Below, one piece after another: positions 23,001-37,700 of a stretch of 64,000 nucleotides of DNA. Positions within the stretch are counted from its first letter, which is position 1; every line of letters begins with the position of its first letter. The translations under genes were made by a program, and so were the position numbers. This stretch comes from Antedon mediterranea (lineage: Eukaryota; Animalia; Echinodermata). Location of the stretch: positions 24,750,070-24,814,069 of the forward strand of contig NC_092671.1 in NCBI RefSeq assembly GCF_964355755.1, given 5' to 3'. Below the pieces are notes generated by a model. That model was not told the DNA's origin. It was given only the letters and a program-made list of their open reading frames with translations, and made no database searches.

Positions 23001-26000
23001 GTCTGAATATACTATCTGACTCTGTAAAAGCTAAGCTCTCAGTTTAGCATTGTAGGTGATAATTGGCCTATTATCATTTTTAATTTTGACCATTAATTTG
23101 TGTCACATTATCTAGTTGAATTGCTTGAATCTTCAATTGAACTTGAGAATGACCCTATGAGTTGAGGAAATTCTGAGTTGAAACGTCGTTCCTCTTTTTT
23201 TAGCATTATTTTTTTTTGATTTATAATAAATGTACTTTGATTTGTAATTTGATAATATTCATTTAACAGGTTCTCTTCGTGTTTGTACATCTTGTTGTAA
23301 TGTGGTGCTAAGTTATGCCCAGTCAAGTGAACAGAATGATTTAAAAGCCTGGCAAGATGACTTGAAGAGTGTCACAGAATCGGCCCTGTCAGCGGTAGCT
23401 ATGCTTACCCTAGATACAGTCTCACCAAAATTAAAAGAAGATCTTAAATACAGACGCAAGTATGAACCAATTTATTTGAGTTTCTAATACCCCTTTTACA
23501 TTTTGAATTGTGTAATTGTAATACCTAGGACACCGGACTGAAATGTGGAACTGTAGACTATTGTAATTTTCCCAGGTCACAAGTCATGTGGGTATGAAGT
23601 TTATATTCCCTGCCAACTTTTTCATTGGCCAATAAGTGATACAAAATAAATTTGTATATAAAGTGCGCCACTGTATTATATAAATTTATTTTAATAACTC
23701 AAAGTGCAAATATGTTTAATTTTTGACTTAATAGATATAAACATAGACAAACTTTATGCTCAAATTAATTAATGTTATTTTTTCTTTAAAATGTGCAATT
23801 TAATTCAAAATAATTGTTTTTATCGATGTGTGAGATATAGCCAAGCATGTGTAAGACCTAAACAATGCCAAAGTAGCATGTATATAGTGAAGCATACTGC
23901 GTTCTGCATCAAGTCCAACCTGGGATGAACATTTTTCCAGATAATTTCTATCCTAACTGACTCACTATAGTATTAAATTTATATATACTCCTATAAAATA
24001 TTGATTTTTGCTTTTTTCACTTATATAAAATGTTTTCGATTGATTTGATTATATTTAGACGAACCTACAGTGCAAGCAGTGTTGACTCGTCAATTGTAGG
24101 AGCAAGGAATCCATTTGAAGTTGGTAACCTAACGTCATCGTCAACTGAATCAGCAAACACACGCAATGTAGTACAACATGAACGAGAATTACTCCTTAAG
24201 GTGTTGCTTCAATCATTGTTATTAATAGGCGTAGTTAACTGATCTACTCGTACTGCTTATACACAATTTGAATGTGTTTTGCAATTTCAACATCCGTTCG
24301 CACACATTGTTGCCTGTTGTGGTTTGGTATTACAATTTTTAATACTTTCGATTACAATGGATTTGGATAGTAACAAGCCACAGGAACAATGATTGGACAG
24401 TTTTTATAGGAACCAATCACCAAAACAGGCTTAGTTCTACTGTGCTTTGTCATTTATTGATAGCACTAAAATTGTATACAGCTTCATAAGTTTGTATATT
24501 ACAAACAAGATGAAACAACTATGTATTTAGTAAAACGATATGAAATGATTTTCAAAAAAGTTCTAGTTGAAATTGGTATGGTGGCCTACAGTTTCTATCT
24601 ATTATCAAGAAAAAATCTACAGTAAGTAGTCAGGCCCTAGCCTACAACATAATTATCATAATCAATTGTTTATCATATAGGACTCGATACAACTGAGAGA
24701 TCTATGGATACTGATGCTCAAGTCAGGCAATGGTATTGAGTTTCAAAGTCATCGGTATCGACTTCGTACTTATCCTGATTGTATAGTAGGATCACAGGTT
24801 GTTGATTGGTTATTGGATAAAGATAAAGCAACAGACAGGTTAGTAGTTTTGTAATATTATTATAAATATTATTTATATTATTATATATTAATGATGAATA
24901 CAAATTTACAGGCATAAGGAAACTCTAACTATACTGAAAGTTGAGTAATTAATTTTTAATGGTTGAAATGAGAAAAAGTCATCCCAACCAAAATTTGAAC
25001 CCAGAATCTTCTGCTTGATATGTATCCAACCATTACGGCACTGGAGCTTTCATGGTATCTTTATGCTTAACAGCATTGATGTGTGGTATGGTGGAAACAC
25101 TCTATTTCTCAATTGCAGTATATGATAGATATTACATATGGCTTCATATATTCATTAGATTTAGAAATAATGTTATGGAAAAACACAAATTTACCAACCA
25201 ACAATATATAAACTACATAACAACATTTAAATCTTTTATTTTAAAATTATAATTTCCAAAAATACACAGGTTTCTGTAATATTGAACCTTATGCCAAATA
25301 AAATAAATTAATTTAAATCTATATTATTTTATTTGCCTGTTTAATATCTTGCTAATAATATAATAGCTTAGGGATAAATCTTTTTGAAATATCATATTAC
25401 TGATGTGCCAATGTCTTTTTTCAGTGATTTCAGACCAGTTTCTTTAAAGCTGTAATTCTCTTTCTAAGTCTCAGAGTATATTATTTTTTGCAGGGTTCAA
25501 GCTGTAGCAATTGGACAGGCCCTTTTAGATGCTAAATGGATTGAATGTGTGACAAAAAGTGAGCAGCTTTTCCAAGATGAATATGCACTCTATTGCCAGG
25601 GTGAGGTAAGAACTCAAAATGAACATGCTAACATTATTATTAATGAGCACTTAAATTGATAACTGCCTAGGGATTACCATGTGTACACCATAGTTTACCA
25701 AATATATGTTTAAGCTTCATTTTATACAGTTTTTAGAAAGTTACACTGTCCCGATTGTAAACTTGGTTCAGATGTGTTAGTTTTTTAATATAATTATATA
25801 AATTATTATAGTTTTATTATATTTATTTTTTCCCATTACTGTTTTTTAATTTTTTTATTTGAAGTAAGTTTTAACAGTGGGATGTTTGAGACAAACACGA
25901 CCCTAAAGGCTACTACACACTAGGATGATAACGTACATTTTTCTTCCGTAAAACAAAAAGGAAATTAAAACAGTTTTCATTCTAGAACTATAGGATAACC

Positions 26001-29000
26001 ATTTATACTGTCTTAATACAATTTTTTTTCAACCAATCATGGCGTCATTTGATTTAACATGTGAAAATATTATATTGTTTTAGATTCCTTTATGTAGAAA
26101 AAAATGCATATTTATCATTGATCGTTATCGTTCTAGTGTAAATGGGCCTATAAATTTGTGAAATGTTTTTCCACAGGCAGCAAGACATGGCAATTTTCCA
26201 AAAGAAGCGTTTGCAAGTGAAAAAGTGTCTCTTTCTAATGAGGATCTCATGGAACCTATCTGGTTTAGAGAAATCAGCGATGAAGGTGGCAACGCTTTAG
26301 GTAAGCGATTTATATTTTTGGTAATTTCAATTGTATATGATTCTGTAAAAATTTAAAAAATAAGAATTCCTTTCTTGTGTATCAATAAGTTTCAAAATCT
26401 GTCACCTGAAACAAAGAAATTCTTTAATAAAAAAAAAAGGACTACATACTAAAATGTTAGCCAGGCACTTCCATGAGCTCACTCAAGCCGAGAGGGGTCT
26501 TCTGTTTTCTTCTCATTAGGCACGTTCATATAGAATATTATGACCTAAATATTATGATTTATTAACATGATAATGTTTAGCACAATAAAGAGAAACAGGT
26601 CACTAGAAATCATATCATGACTTATATATGCTTAGGTGTTTCTAAAGGCTGGGCCAATACGGTTGCACACAATGCTAAATCAAATGCTGATTGGTTGATT
26701 CTATCTATGTGTTATATTTGAATTGAATTATAATTGCAAAACAGTCTTTTAAACTCAGGCAGCTGTCTAAATGTTTAAATTGAAATGTTACTACTGTAGT
26801 ATTTTTTATTTTATTGATTAAAACGATCTGTCATCTTTATCGTTTAGGCAAATCAGAATCTGTGAGTGATATAGAGAAATCCACAACGTTAAGTGGTTCT
26901 TTTGATAAAGTCTCTATGTTGTCAGACAACCATCTGTCTTCAAGGATGCAGTTTAGGAGGTCTTTAGGTTCCAACAGCTCAGAAAAAAGTAAGTTATATA
27001 AAAAGAACTTTGAGTGCCCTTATAATCATCAGTTCCTTCACTTGGACTCTAGTTTGTTTTTATTTTGAATCCATACATCATACATATTTTAGAAAAGAGG
27101 TCGATACATAAATAACAGACAAATGATAAAACATCATGAAAAAACAAAGAAGAAACTATGAAGATGAATAGATTCAGAAAAACCCAATTAAAAAAGATTT
27201 AGTTTCCATTGTGGTCTGTATAAAGTAATTAAAAGCATAAAACTATGGTAGAAAATGAAGAAGTAGGAAATATAAATAAACAAACTAATTTTACCGTACT
27301 GACGCGGCTATAAGCCCACCTTATACCCGAGGATCCAAAAATGCAGATCGTCAAAAACAGCACATGTACACTGTGTATTCCACCATGCGAGCGAGCGCCC
27401 TCACGTGTACGACGTTGCTTCTAAATACACGAGGTGTAGAGTGTCGGAAAATTAAGCTTATAGTTCGAGTAATTTATCGTAGAATATCATTTTAAACATC
27501 AATTGAACAAGAATTTATCAAGCAGAAAACCAAGTATACAATGTTCGTTAAATAGAAATGTACCAAAGAAATTTAATAAGCTTGTTTATGGCATTCGATA
27601 CCAAATAGTGGTTTTCTGTTTTGGCGACTTATAGCGTCGTGTGTGAAGCGATCTTCGACCGCGATGGATTGTAAACAAAACAGGACCGCTAGGCCTCATA
27701 TGGCCTAGCGTATATTAGCCTAGCTTGGTTATGATCAAAGGTAGGTGTATTCGGTGTATGGACGTCGCCAAATACAAAATAATGTATTACGACACACACT
27801 ATAGATCTTCGAATTAATGGGTGGGCTTATACCCGAGTGCCTCATTTTTCATGAAAATTAGTCAAAAGTCTGGGGTTGGCTTATACCCGAGTATGGGCTT
27901 ATACCCGCGTCAGTACGGTAATAATAAAATAAATCTAACCATAATTTTATGGTTTTATAAATAAATAAAGAATAAATATTCATGTGTCTATGTCTTCAAT
28001 TGAGGAAATTTGGATTATTTCCTATGGACCCACAGCAGCCACTTAGTACAGCATCTACTATAAACAACAGGTGTTGCGATGTATCATTACACCGTCTCTG
28101 TGCAGAATCAAATCATATCATTTGTACGATGGCCATTAAAGGCCAATTTACACAGACGAGCAGTTTCAGTAGCATCATGCCATTTGTAAACATAGCCACA
28201 TATTTTTAAACCCATATTCTTACAATTCATTTTCTCCCTCTCTCCGTTCAATTGAGAAGGTTGTCAGAATTTCAATCTTACATTCATACTTGATGTACTA
28301 TATATCACTTATAGGTGATAATGGAACGGTCCATGTGAGGATTAATATCATGCTGTTTGTACACATAGCCACATATTATTAAAGATGTATTGTCCCTTGA
28401 AACACAAAAAAATGAAGGTCTAAATATTCTAAATTTAAATTGGCCATATCAAAGTACTATTAAAGTTATTTACTTTAAGTCGAAAATTCGAGGTAAAAAC
28501 AACAAGTCAAAAACAACAAGTTTACGTAATTAACAGGTAAATTAGTTTAATTACATTTTGTCTGGAAAATCGTCATGAGTGAAAGTAAACAAAGATTTAA
28601 AACCACGAGTAATAAACTAATTTGGATTGTTTACAACTCGTCACGGTTGAGAAGGTGTTTTCACACAGATCGCGAGGAAGTTTTATGATTATGCATACAG
28701 AGTAGCCAAACAAGTGCGTTGCATTATGAGATATGTTTTGCTCGAAGTCAAAGTTATTTTTTAAACAAAAAAACGTCTGTATTTCAGTTAAATGATTTTT
28801 GGTGAAAGTTAATACTATTGGTACTTCATACTTTTTTTCGAAATCTTTTTTTTTGTTAATTTTTTGGAATAATACATCTTTAAAGCCAGATTCATTTTCA
28901 AAAAGACTAAGGTAGTCAGAATTCCAAATATACTTTCACACTTGACATCTCTTGTAGGTGTCACTACAGGTGATAATGGAACTGGTCCATGGGAATTGAT

Positions 29001-31721
29001 GTTTCATCAGCATTCTGTTCCGAATGATCCAGATGAACACCAATTGAGAGGTGAGTTTGCATAGTTAGATAAAAACATTATTATATGTGACCCGATCTGG
29101 CAAAACCCTCTCTTTGTCGGCATTTCAAAATTCACTTAATTAGTCAAAATACGTCCAAATCGACTAGCCTGGCAGATTACATGTGTTTGCATTATTATAT
29201 TTAGATTGAATTAGCTTGGTGGATGAAGCGTGGTTAATTGATTGCTGGATTTAAATCTTTTCTTTCTTTTCTTCTGTCCGGTTTGTTCTCAGACAAAGAA
29301 AAAGATTTCTTAAATTTAAATTTATATAAAACATTGATTTTTTTCATGATTATATAAATGTCTGAAAAAATTGTTTAAAAAAAAAACAGCTTTTAAAAAT
29401 GTAATTATTAAATTGATCAGAATGAAATATGTAATGTTTAGTTAAAAGTTAAGTTAATCGTTATTACTGTGTTTACTACCACACTGCTATTCTTCTGTGA
29501 CCATATTCACCATTCACATTTACGCTAAGGTAAGCACATGCCCTTAAAATTCTATCTAAGTGAATACAATTTTAGGGAAAAGTGAAATACCTCACTTAAG
29601 TAATTAATAAAATTAAGAGATATGCTATTTTTGTTTCTATGCTAAATAAAATAATAGTTTCTACCACCCCCAAGCACTTGAGGGTGCTATATGTTTTAGT
29701 ATTTCCTACTGCAGAGTGCACATTGTGCATACTGTTCTTGTGGCATAGAGAGAGTGAGATATGGTAGCATGTGAAATAACCTGTACTTGTACTTTTCCCC
29801 TAAACATTAAAAGTGTTTCTAAGGCATTTTGTATAATTTTGTAAATTTTTAGACGATGTATTAGTTGGTGTTCAGCATTTAAGCCAAGCCACAACTAATG
29901 AATCACATGGCTGGCTTGATGCTGAGGATCTGAATGAGGAAAATGGTGAAAAGATGGCCATGGAGCGACTAAGCAGTGCAAATTACAAACACCTGGTGGC
30001 GCTTTTACATCAGCTTCTTGAAACTGAAAATCTTCCACATCATTGGACGCAGATAATTTTACCGATGGTAGAAAAAATTAGCAAAATGGTAATTTTTTTT
30101 TTTGTGTGTTTGATTTGTATTTTTGTTTCATCAAATCCTGCGGTTTTATTTTTAGATGATGCACACACAAATCTGCAAACATTGGTATTCAATTTTTAAT
30201 TATCTAAAAGAAACAAGTCTTGAGTGTAATAAAACAGTTTTGTCTTATTCACCCTTAGTCACCACAGGAATTCTAAATCTGTACAAATGAACACACTCCG
30301 TATGACGATGTTGAATCCATACACTATATCATGTTATTGATGATATGTTAGGTCGGTCACTTTTTAACATAAATTACACTGTGCCAAAACAAAAACGAAA
30401 AATTAAATTTGTTATTCTTAATGATGTAGGTGAAGCCAGATGTTCGTTATCAGAATGATGAGATGGACATTCGTTACTATGTTCATATCAAGAAAGTTGC
30501 TGGCGGTAGTCTTAGCGATTGTCGTATTGTAAATGGTGTCGTTTGTACAAAAAACGTAGCTCACCGAAGCGTAAGTAATATTTAGTATTCAATATTGTAT
30601 ATAGTTAATTATCGTCTATAACAATCATCAATAATATTAAATAATTTATGTCTGTACAGTTTTTAGTCAATTTAAAGTTATCATTATGGATTTATTAATT
30701 ATGGATACCTTTAAGGCCCTTTTGTACTAGAACAATAAAGATCGACAATAAATAGATAAATATCTATTTTTTTCTACATATTACAAATGAAATTAGTTTC
30801 ATCCTAGCACTTTGATGAAAATAATATTTTTGAAATTTGTTTTTCAAAGACAGCATAAATGGTCATCGGTTCTAAAATGGAAACTTTTCCAATTTCTTTT
30901 GTTTTATGTAAGGAAAATGTATTATCTATTTATTATTGATCGTTGTTGTCCTATAAATGTTCCATTTTCGATAACCAAGGCCATTGGGCAGTTATTTACT
31001 AATTTTTGTCTGGAAACCCTAATATTAAAATCATTTTCTTCTTACTGTAAATCTTCTTAATAACAGTTTTTAATGTGGTCTCAATCATTATTATTTTCTA
31101 TGGAAATTGAATATCAATTTTTCTGCTGCAGCAGATGTTTGTTTTGTTTTTTTTTAGTGTATTTTTTATTCTACATTTTTTACATTATATTTTTTCTATT
31201 ACATTTGTCAGTTAAAAGTTAAACTATTCAATTTAAGATTCAAGAAAGGTTAGTGGTCCACTTAAAATGAAAAAATACATCAAATTTGTAAAAACGTTAT
31301 AAACCCTTTCTTTTTCTATTAACAGTTACTTATTTTGAAATTTAAAAGTCAACTGATTAATAACTGAATACATTTTTTAATTTTTTTGCATAGTATTAGT
31401 GTTGTATTTTGTTGAAAAGTCAATTATTATTTAAGCGCTGATTTTCATATATTTAATTAAATTGATTTTTAAATGGTTTCTTTCTTTTATAAGCATTTGC
31501 TTCTTGAATTTTCCCCTTTTCTTTGTTTAAATCAGTTATTTTTTAATTTGTTGTCATATTGAAATTTTCATCGCTCAAAGAAAATAAAAGAAGTTGACAT
31601 TGTCATTGTTATAGGCAAATGTTAAAATACTGTTAAAAATGCAGATTGAAAAGTGTAATGTAGGCCAATGTAAAATTCTGTTAAAATGATTAAAATTCAA
31701 TACAGTATAGAGTTATCGAAT

Positions 31722-31786
<65 letters not shown>

Positions 31787-34700
31787 CATTTTACTGTTAA
31801 TAGATGAAAACTGTTATTAAAGAACCAAGAATACTGATACTGAAATCAGCAGTGGAACATCAAAGAGTTGAACACAAGTTTTCATCAATAGAACCAATTG
31901 TTCTTCAGGTACTATTGTGTTTACTTTTTTAATTATCCAAATTAATCAATTAACTGAACTTCAAGACAACAGGGACTAAGGTTATGAGAACATACATATT
32001 GCCATGGATTGACACGTTTTGAACCCATACTTCAATCTACCAGCTTGAGAAATATAGTCTTCTTTCATTTAGTTGCCACCTTCAACAAGCTGAACATTTT
32101 GAAACTATGCGGAAGTTACCAGCATTCATGAGCTTCAGTTGCATTTCCCCCTTTTTTACTATATTATATTAAATGGACTCAAGAAGGGAGGATTGTGAGG
32201 GCACATGATCAGGTCACCAATCTTCTGCCTATGCATCATGTAATTTAGGATGACTTTTTGAAATTCACCACTACAGTTTGAAATTCTTTCATGGTTTTGC
32301 CGTTGACCACATCAGAGGGCAGGTTATTCAAATTTTATAAATTTAATATAGAATGTCATTTTGTCCAAAATATGGAATAGTTCAGATACAACTATTTGTT
32401 GAAATTTCTTTCTCAGGAGCATGAGTACCTAAAAAATTATGTACACAAGATTTCAACTCTGAAGCCAACAGTTCTTGTAGTAGAAAAATCAGTTGCCAGG
32501 TTGGCACAAGATTTCTTACTCAATTGTGATATTACTGTAGTCCTAAGTGTGAAGCCAGTATGTATAGTTTTTTTGTTTTGTTTTTTCTTTCACCAAAAAT
32601 TAAGTGTGAAAGCATGTCTGTAGCATAAGGCATTTACTACAACCCTTGTAATTAGTACAAGCTCAGTGGTTATGGGTTCTAGTCCAACTCAAGAATAACA
32701 AGCCTATTTGTCACTAAACAAATTTGTTTGCACTGCAACAATTTCTAGTTCTATCAGCGAAATTAGTAGTTGGAATTGTTTTAACTTTTTGTGAGGCAAA
32801 AACAATTGCAACAAATTACAGTTCAGGAAATGAGTTATGAATCCCAGCTATTTGCTCTTGTAGTGGAAAAGGTACCACAATTTTGTGTCTGTTGGAAACA
32901 TTGGATAAGCGCAAACAAGTTCAGCTAGTGGAAAACAGACTTTACTGTTCTCAATTTACTAAGTATATATACAACTGTACATTTTCATCAGAGTAGTGCA
33001 ATATATCTGACTAATTAATCATCATCAGGTCCAAATTAGGTCATGTAATGTTATTGTGTACATGCAGGAAAGTTTGGAAATTCTTCCTTACCCTATTTCT
33101 TGACTCAGATTTGGTGGTTTCTTTGTCCAGACATTGACTGACAACACATCAGTGCATAGGTCCTAGATCACCGTTCATCACAAATCGAAATCTTGAAAGC
33201 AGTTTTAACAACCCCTGTTTGACATCTTGTGAATTTCTGTATATTCTAGTCTGTTGTAGCAAGGATTGGTCGTTTCACTGATGCAGATCTAGTGACCACT
33301 GTAGATCAAGCATCTAAGTCGAGCATTGGTTCCTGTCACTCATTTAGTATACAGCAATTTCAACTTCCTCAAAGTAAGAAACCTTTTTTTTTTGTGACTA
33401 GCCCTTTAGTTCAAACACGTTTAAAAACTTGAAAAATAAAATAATAATATATTCTTAACAATCATTTGGTTTGGCCTAATAAAGTGGGGTGTTTTGAGTG
33501 GACCAATGGACGAGTGGACCAATTCGTCTCATGTTCTGGATTTAGTTATTGTTTACAGTTTGAATTTAAAAAAAAAACTTGCTTTTACAGATGTCTAATA
33601 AACGTCACATAATATTCAATTGTGCCGCAATAGTTTACTTTTTGATAACAATTTACAAAGACATTTGAGTTTGATTCATATTCAATGTTTTGTGTCCATC
33701 CATTGCTCACATGAGCCTTATATTAATATTTTTTTAATAAGTTATGCTTCTACATTGCAATCACCATTAACCATATATGTAAAATGGGAAAGATATATTA
33801 CAGTAATACAAGTTATTTATAACTGTGGCTCTTGTAGATTATACCAAGACTTTGATGTTCTTTGAAGGCTGTCCAAGCAAGTTGGGATGTTCCATTATCT
33901 TAAGAGGTGCTGACCAGTTTGAGTTGACAAAGGTAATTTTCAAATAATCAATCTATCAGGAATTAGTTGAGTTTTATGTTGTATATAAACATAATTTGTT
34001 TGTGTTTATAGTAGGTGGAAAACTTTGTGTCGGTGAATATTATACAAATTAAATGCAGTGCAATGGTACAAATTTTAAATTTAAATGTATATAGTAGATT
34101 CGTATTAGTTAAGTATAGTTTTATATATTTTGTCATTTTCAAGAGGGCCCCTGAATATCAGCTGGCCTGCGGGTTCAGCTGGAAGGGTTACCCTCTATAA
34201 ATAAAGTTGAAATAAAAAAAAAAAAAAAAAATAATAATAATTTCATGAGATAAAATATGAAAATAGAACCATTCATCTCTCATAAATATTCAGTATTTGT
34301 TTTATAACACAGAGGCTAAGGCCTAAACCAATCAAGCTGGCAACACTCTATTTTTGTGCGATGAGTAAAACTACAGGGTGAACGAGATCAACCTAGCCTC
34401 GTGTCTGACACATAGAAATAGTTTATTGAATATTAAGTGACCCACAATATTACAAAAATCTACTTGGTATAGAACACACAAGTGTATGTCGTAGCCATTT
34501 GATTGGTTAATTTATATTGTATGTTCAGCTACTTGTAAACTGCTTAACAACTTTGTGCCACATAAGGCAAATGGCTGTCCATGATCAAAAAATGGCATCC
34601 AACCTGTACACTGTCCAAGGGCTGCATTTTTAGATAGCCTCCAGTCTAGTTTTTGACTGATTGTTTTTTATTTGATTGGGAGAATATTTCAAGACTGTTC

Positions 34701-37700
34701 TATTTAGTTCCACCTCCGCATTATTACATAAACCAGTCTTTAAACTTATATTATCTATATTTAACTCATAAACATTCATTTTATTATGTTAAGTTAGAAA
34801 TATATACATATTCGTGTTACTTATCATGCATAATTATCTTTATTTTTTCTCAAAGGTTAAAAAGGTATTGCAGTTGATGCTCTTTGCTGCGTATCATTCT
34901 AGACTTGAGATGTCTTTCCTTATGGATGAATTTGCAATGCCACCAGAAGTGCCACAATTCCGTGAGATCACTCCAACAAGTCCAAAACACAAGTCTCTTG
35001 GGTTCTCAGACAGCATCTTAGAAGGACTTATGAGAATTAGTGAAGGAGATCAGGCTGACGGTGCTTTTGAGAACATAACATCTGATGAAATTGAACCTAA
35101 CATGGAACATGGAGAAGATACAAAGGACACCGAAGATAAGTCCAACCAGCAGGTTTCTAATTTCAAAAGTGCAGTGAATTCAATGAAGAAGATATTTGGT
35201 GCTGGATCAAAAGAAAAGATCAATTCTAATACTGATTCTGGTGGTGAGATTGAAAGTGGAATTATAGGAGAAGGAATGTTTTCGGATTCAAACACATCTT
35301 CTGAACTCAGTTCTAGTGTAAAAACAGAAAGTAAGGCTAATGACGCCGACATTTTTACTAATGATAATTCTGGTGTATCTATCCATCCTCGGCAAAAGGA
35401 AAGTAATGTCTTTCATAGTCCAATTGATAACATTGGCCAACTTCACCATTTTGACAGACAGGGTGTTGATGGCAGCAGTGTTCTAAATGGTGAAGGCAAA
35501 AATAGAAAATATGATAATCAACTCAGTGTGGAAGATTATTTAGCAGAGTTTCATCAGACTGATTATTCAGACGATGACTGTGAATCTGAAAGTGAGTTAC
35601 AGAAACCATCTGCAGCCACCAATGAAATGTTAAACTCTGAAGGAAATACCAAAGATGATTCAGTTTTTTCTGCAGCTATTAAGAACAGTATTCTCAACAC
35701 ATCTCCTTTTATGAATGTCCCATTGCCATATTTTGAAACAATGTTGGGAAAAACATCCAAATTACGAGAGTACTTTCCTGAGAATCTCTACTGGTCAGTG
35801 AAATTGCTTCCAGCAGATTCCCAAACTGTCCAAGCTCCATTTCCATGTGAAGTTATCTATAAGTCTGTCGATCGATCTTCTAAACTATGGGAAAGTATAT
35901 CTGTTCAAAGTCCTCATCCATTCCTTACACAGCAGCTGACATTGAATGCATCTGAAGATTCCACAAAGACAATTTTAGCAGACTACCGAGCTCGGGGAAG
36001 CAGAATTCACCAGAATATCGATGACGACTCATCAGATCAGTATCCAGTCAAGACAAAGATGATAGCTATGGCTGGACCTGCTAGACGGATTGATTGCTTT
36101 GACCCTAAATTCCATCAGAAGATCACTCTCCAGTTTAGCAGTTACTCCAGTCAGTCATACAATGCTCCAAATTACTGTGTTAATCCATGGACTGTTGTGA
36201 TGGATTTTTATGGGAATAATGATATTCCATTAGGATTATTCTTGGAACGTTACTGTTTCAGGTAAGAACATGACATACGAAATATAAAATAGAATCTCTA
36301 TTAAGGGGACAATTTGTTGGGTCCCAAAGGTGTCCCTCTGTAGTGGTTCTACTGTAGTTTCATTTAATTAGAATAAATATTTAGGTGAATTTGATATCGT
36401 AAGTCTTTCTTTGATCACTCAAAGATCACCATAACCTAACAAGAACATTACAGTAGTGCAGTGATGAATGTTTGTTTGGAATGGAGAGAAAAAAACTGTA
36501 TAAGTATTTGTTATAACATGCCATGTAACCAAATAACTAAATGGTATTTGATACAAAATTAACCAATCGCATTTCAAGGATCATTTTTATGAATACATTA
36601 TCATCGATATTCAATTCATATTTAGAAATTCTTACAAATGTCCTAGTGAGACATGTGATGCTTCCATGGTAGATCATGTACGACGATTTGTTCATGGCAA
36701 TGCCGCCATACAGATACTGCAACGTCAACTTGATCAACCCATTCCAGGCTTTAAAGACAGCATACTATCATGGAGTTGGTGTCGTCGTTGTAAGCAAGTA
36801 AGGAAAAATATATATTCTATTTTATGAGATTATTTCATTTTTGTTGTTTCACTTTGCTGGACAAGTTATGTAAGGTCCAGGATACAGAAGTCTATTGCAA
36901 AGTTACATTATATATATTTGTATATGCTTAATTACTGACATCTGTCAGAAAACCAATACAGTACCAAATACTGTCCTTTTTGTATTCAGTTTGATTTAAT
37001 AGTTTGGTGTATTTTGTAGAGGAATTAAAAATATTTTTTTTTAATTGATTGCTTTTGATAGTACTTTAAAACCTAGCTCTATCACTAAATATAATTTTCT
37101 GTTAAGATTTCCATTATTTATTCATTATTTTATTTAGGTAATTAATTATAAATTCTATTTATCAAATTGTATTGTACTGACGAGCACTAATGATCAGCTT
37201 CAGCTGGATGAACCATAAATAAATAAATTCTTTTGTTATTGCATTTTATTGTGCAGGTAACCCCAGTTCAGCCTCTATCGAATGATACATGGAGCATGTC
37301 ATTTGCTAAGTACCTAGAGCTACGTTTCTATGGTATGGAATACAACAGACGTGCATGTGCTGAACCTTGCCCTCATTCTCTTCATCGTCATCATTATCAA
37401 TATTTTGGATACCTCAACATTGTTGCTTCCTTTAAGTAAGACACCTTGATTTATTTTAATACTGTCTATATGCTGAATATTACTGACTGGTATATGATAC
37501 CTGATTCACACATACAAACATCTTACAAAATGTTACATATTTTAACAAATTGTTATCTCACGAATGTCTCCCAGATGTACATACATGTAAAATTTTGAAA
37601 CAAGTCAGTAATCTTTAACAAGGTTACATTGATGTAACACAGCTGTATCTTTCTAAAATGAGTGTTTTCACACATCATTTAAATTACATTACACCATGAC

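Noticed and set aside
24980-25050. tRNA-like fragments (also near 32670 and 38620)
   Set aside because: Too degenerate for a cloverleaf; at most old SINE heads.
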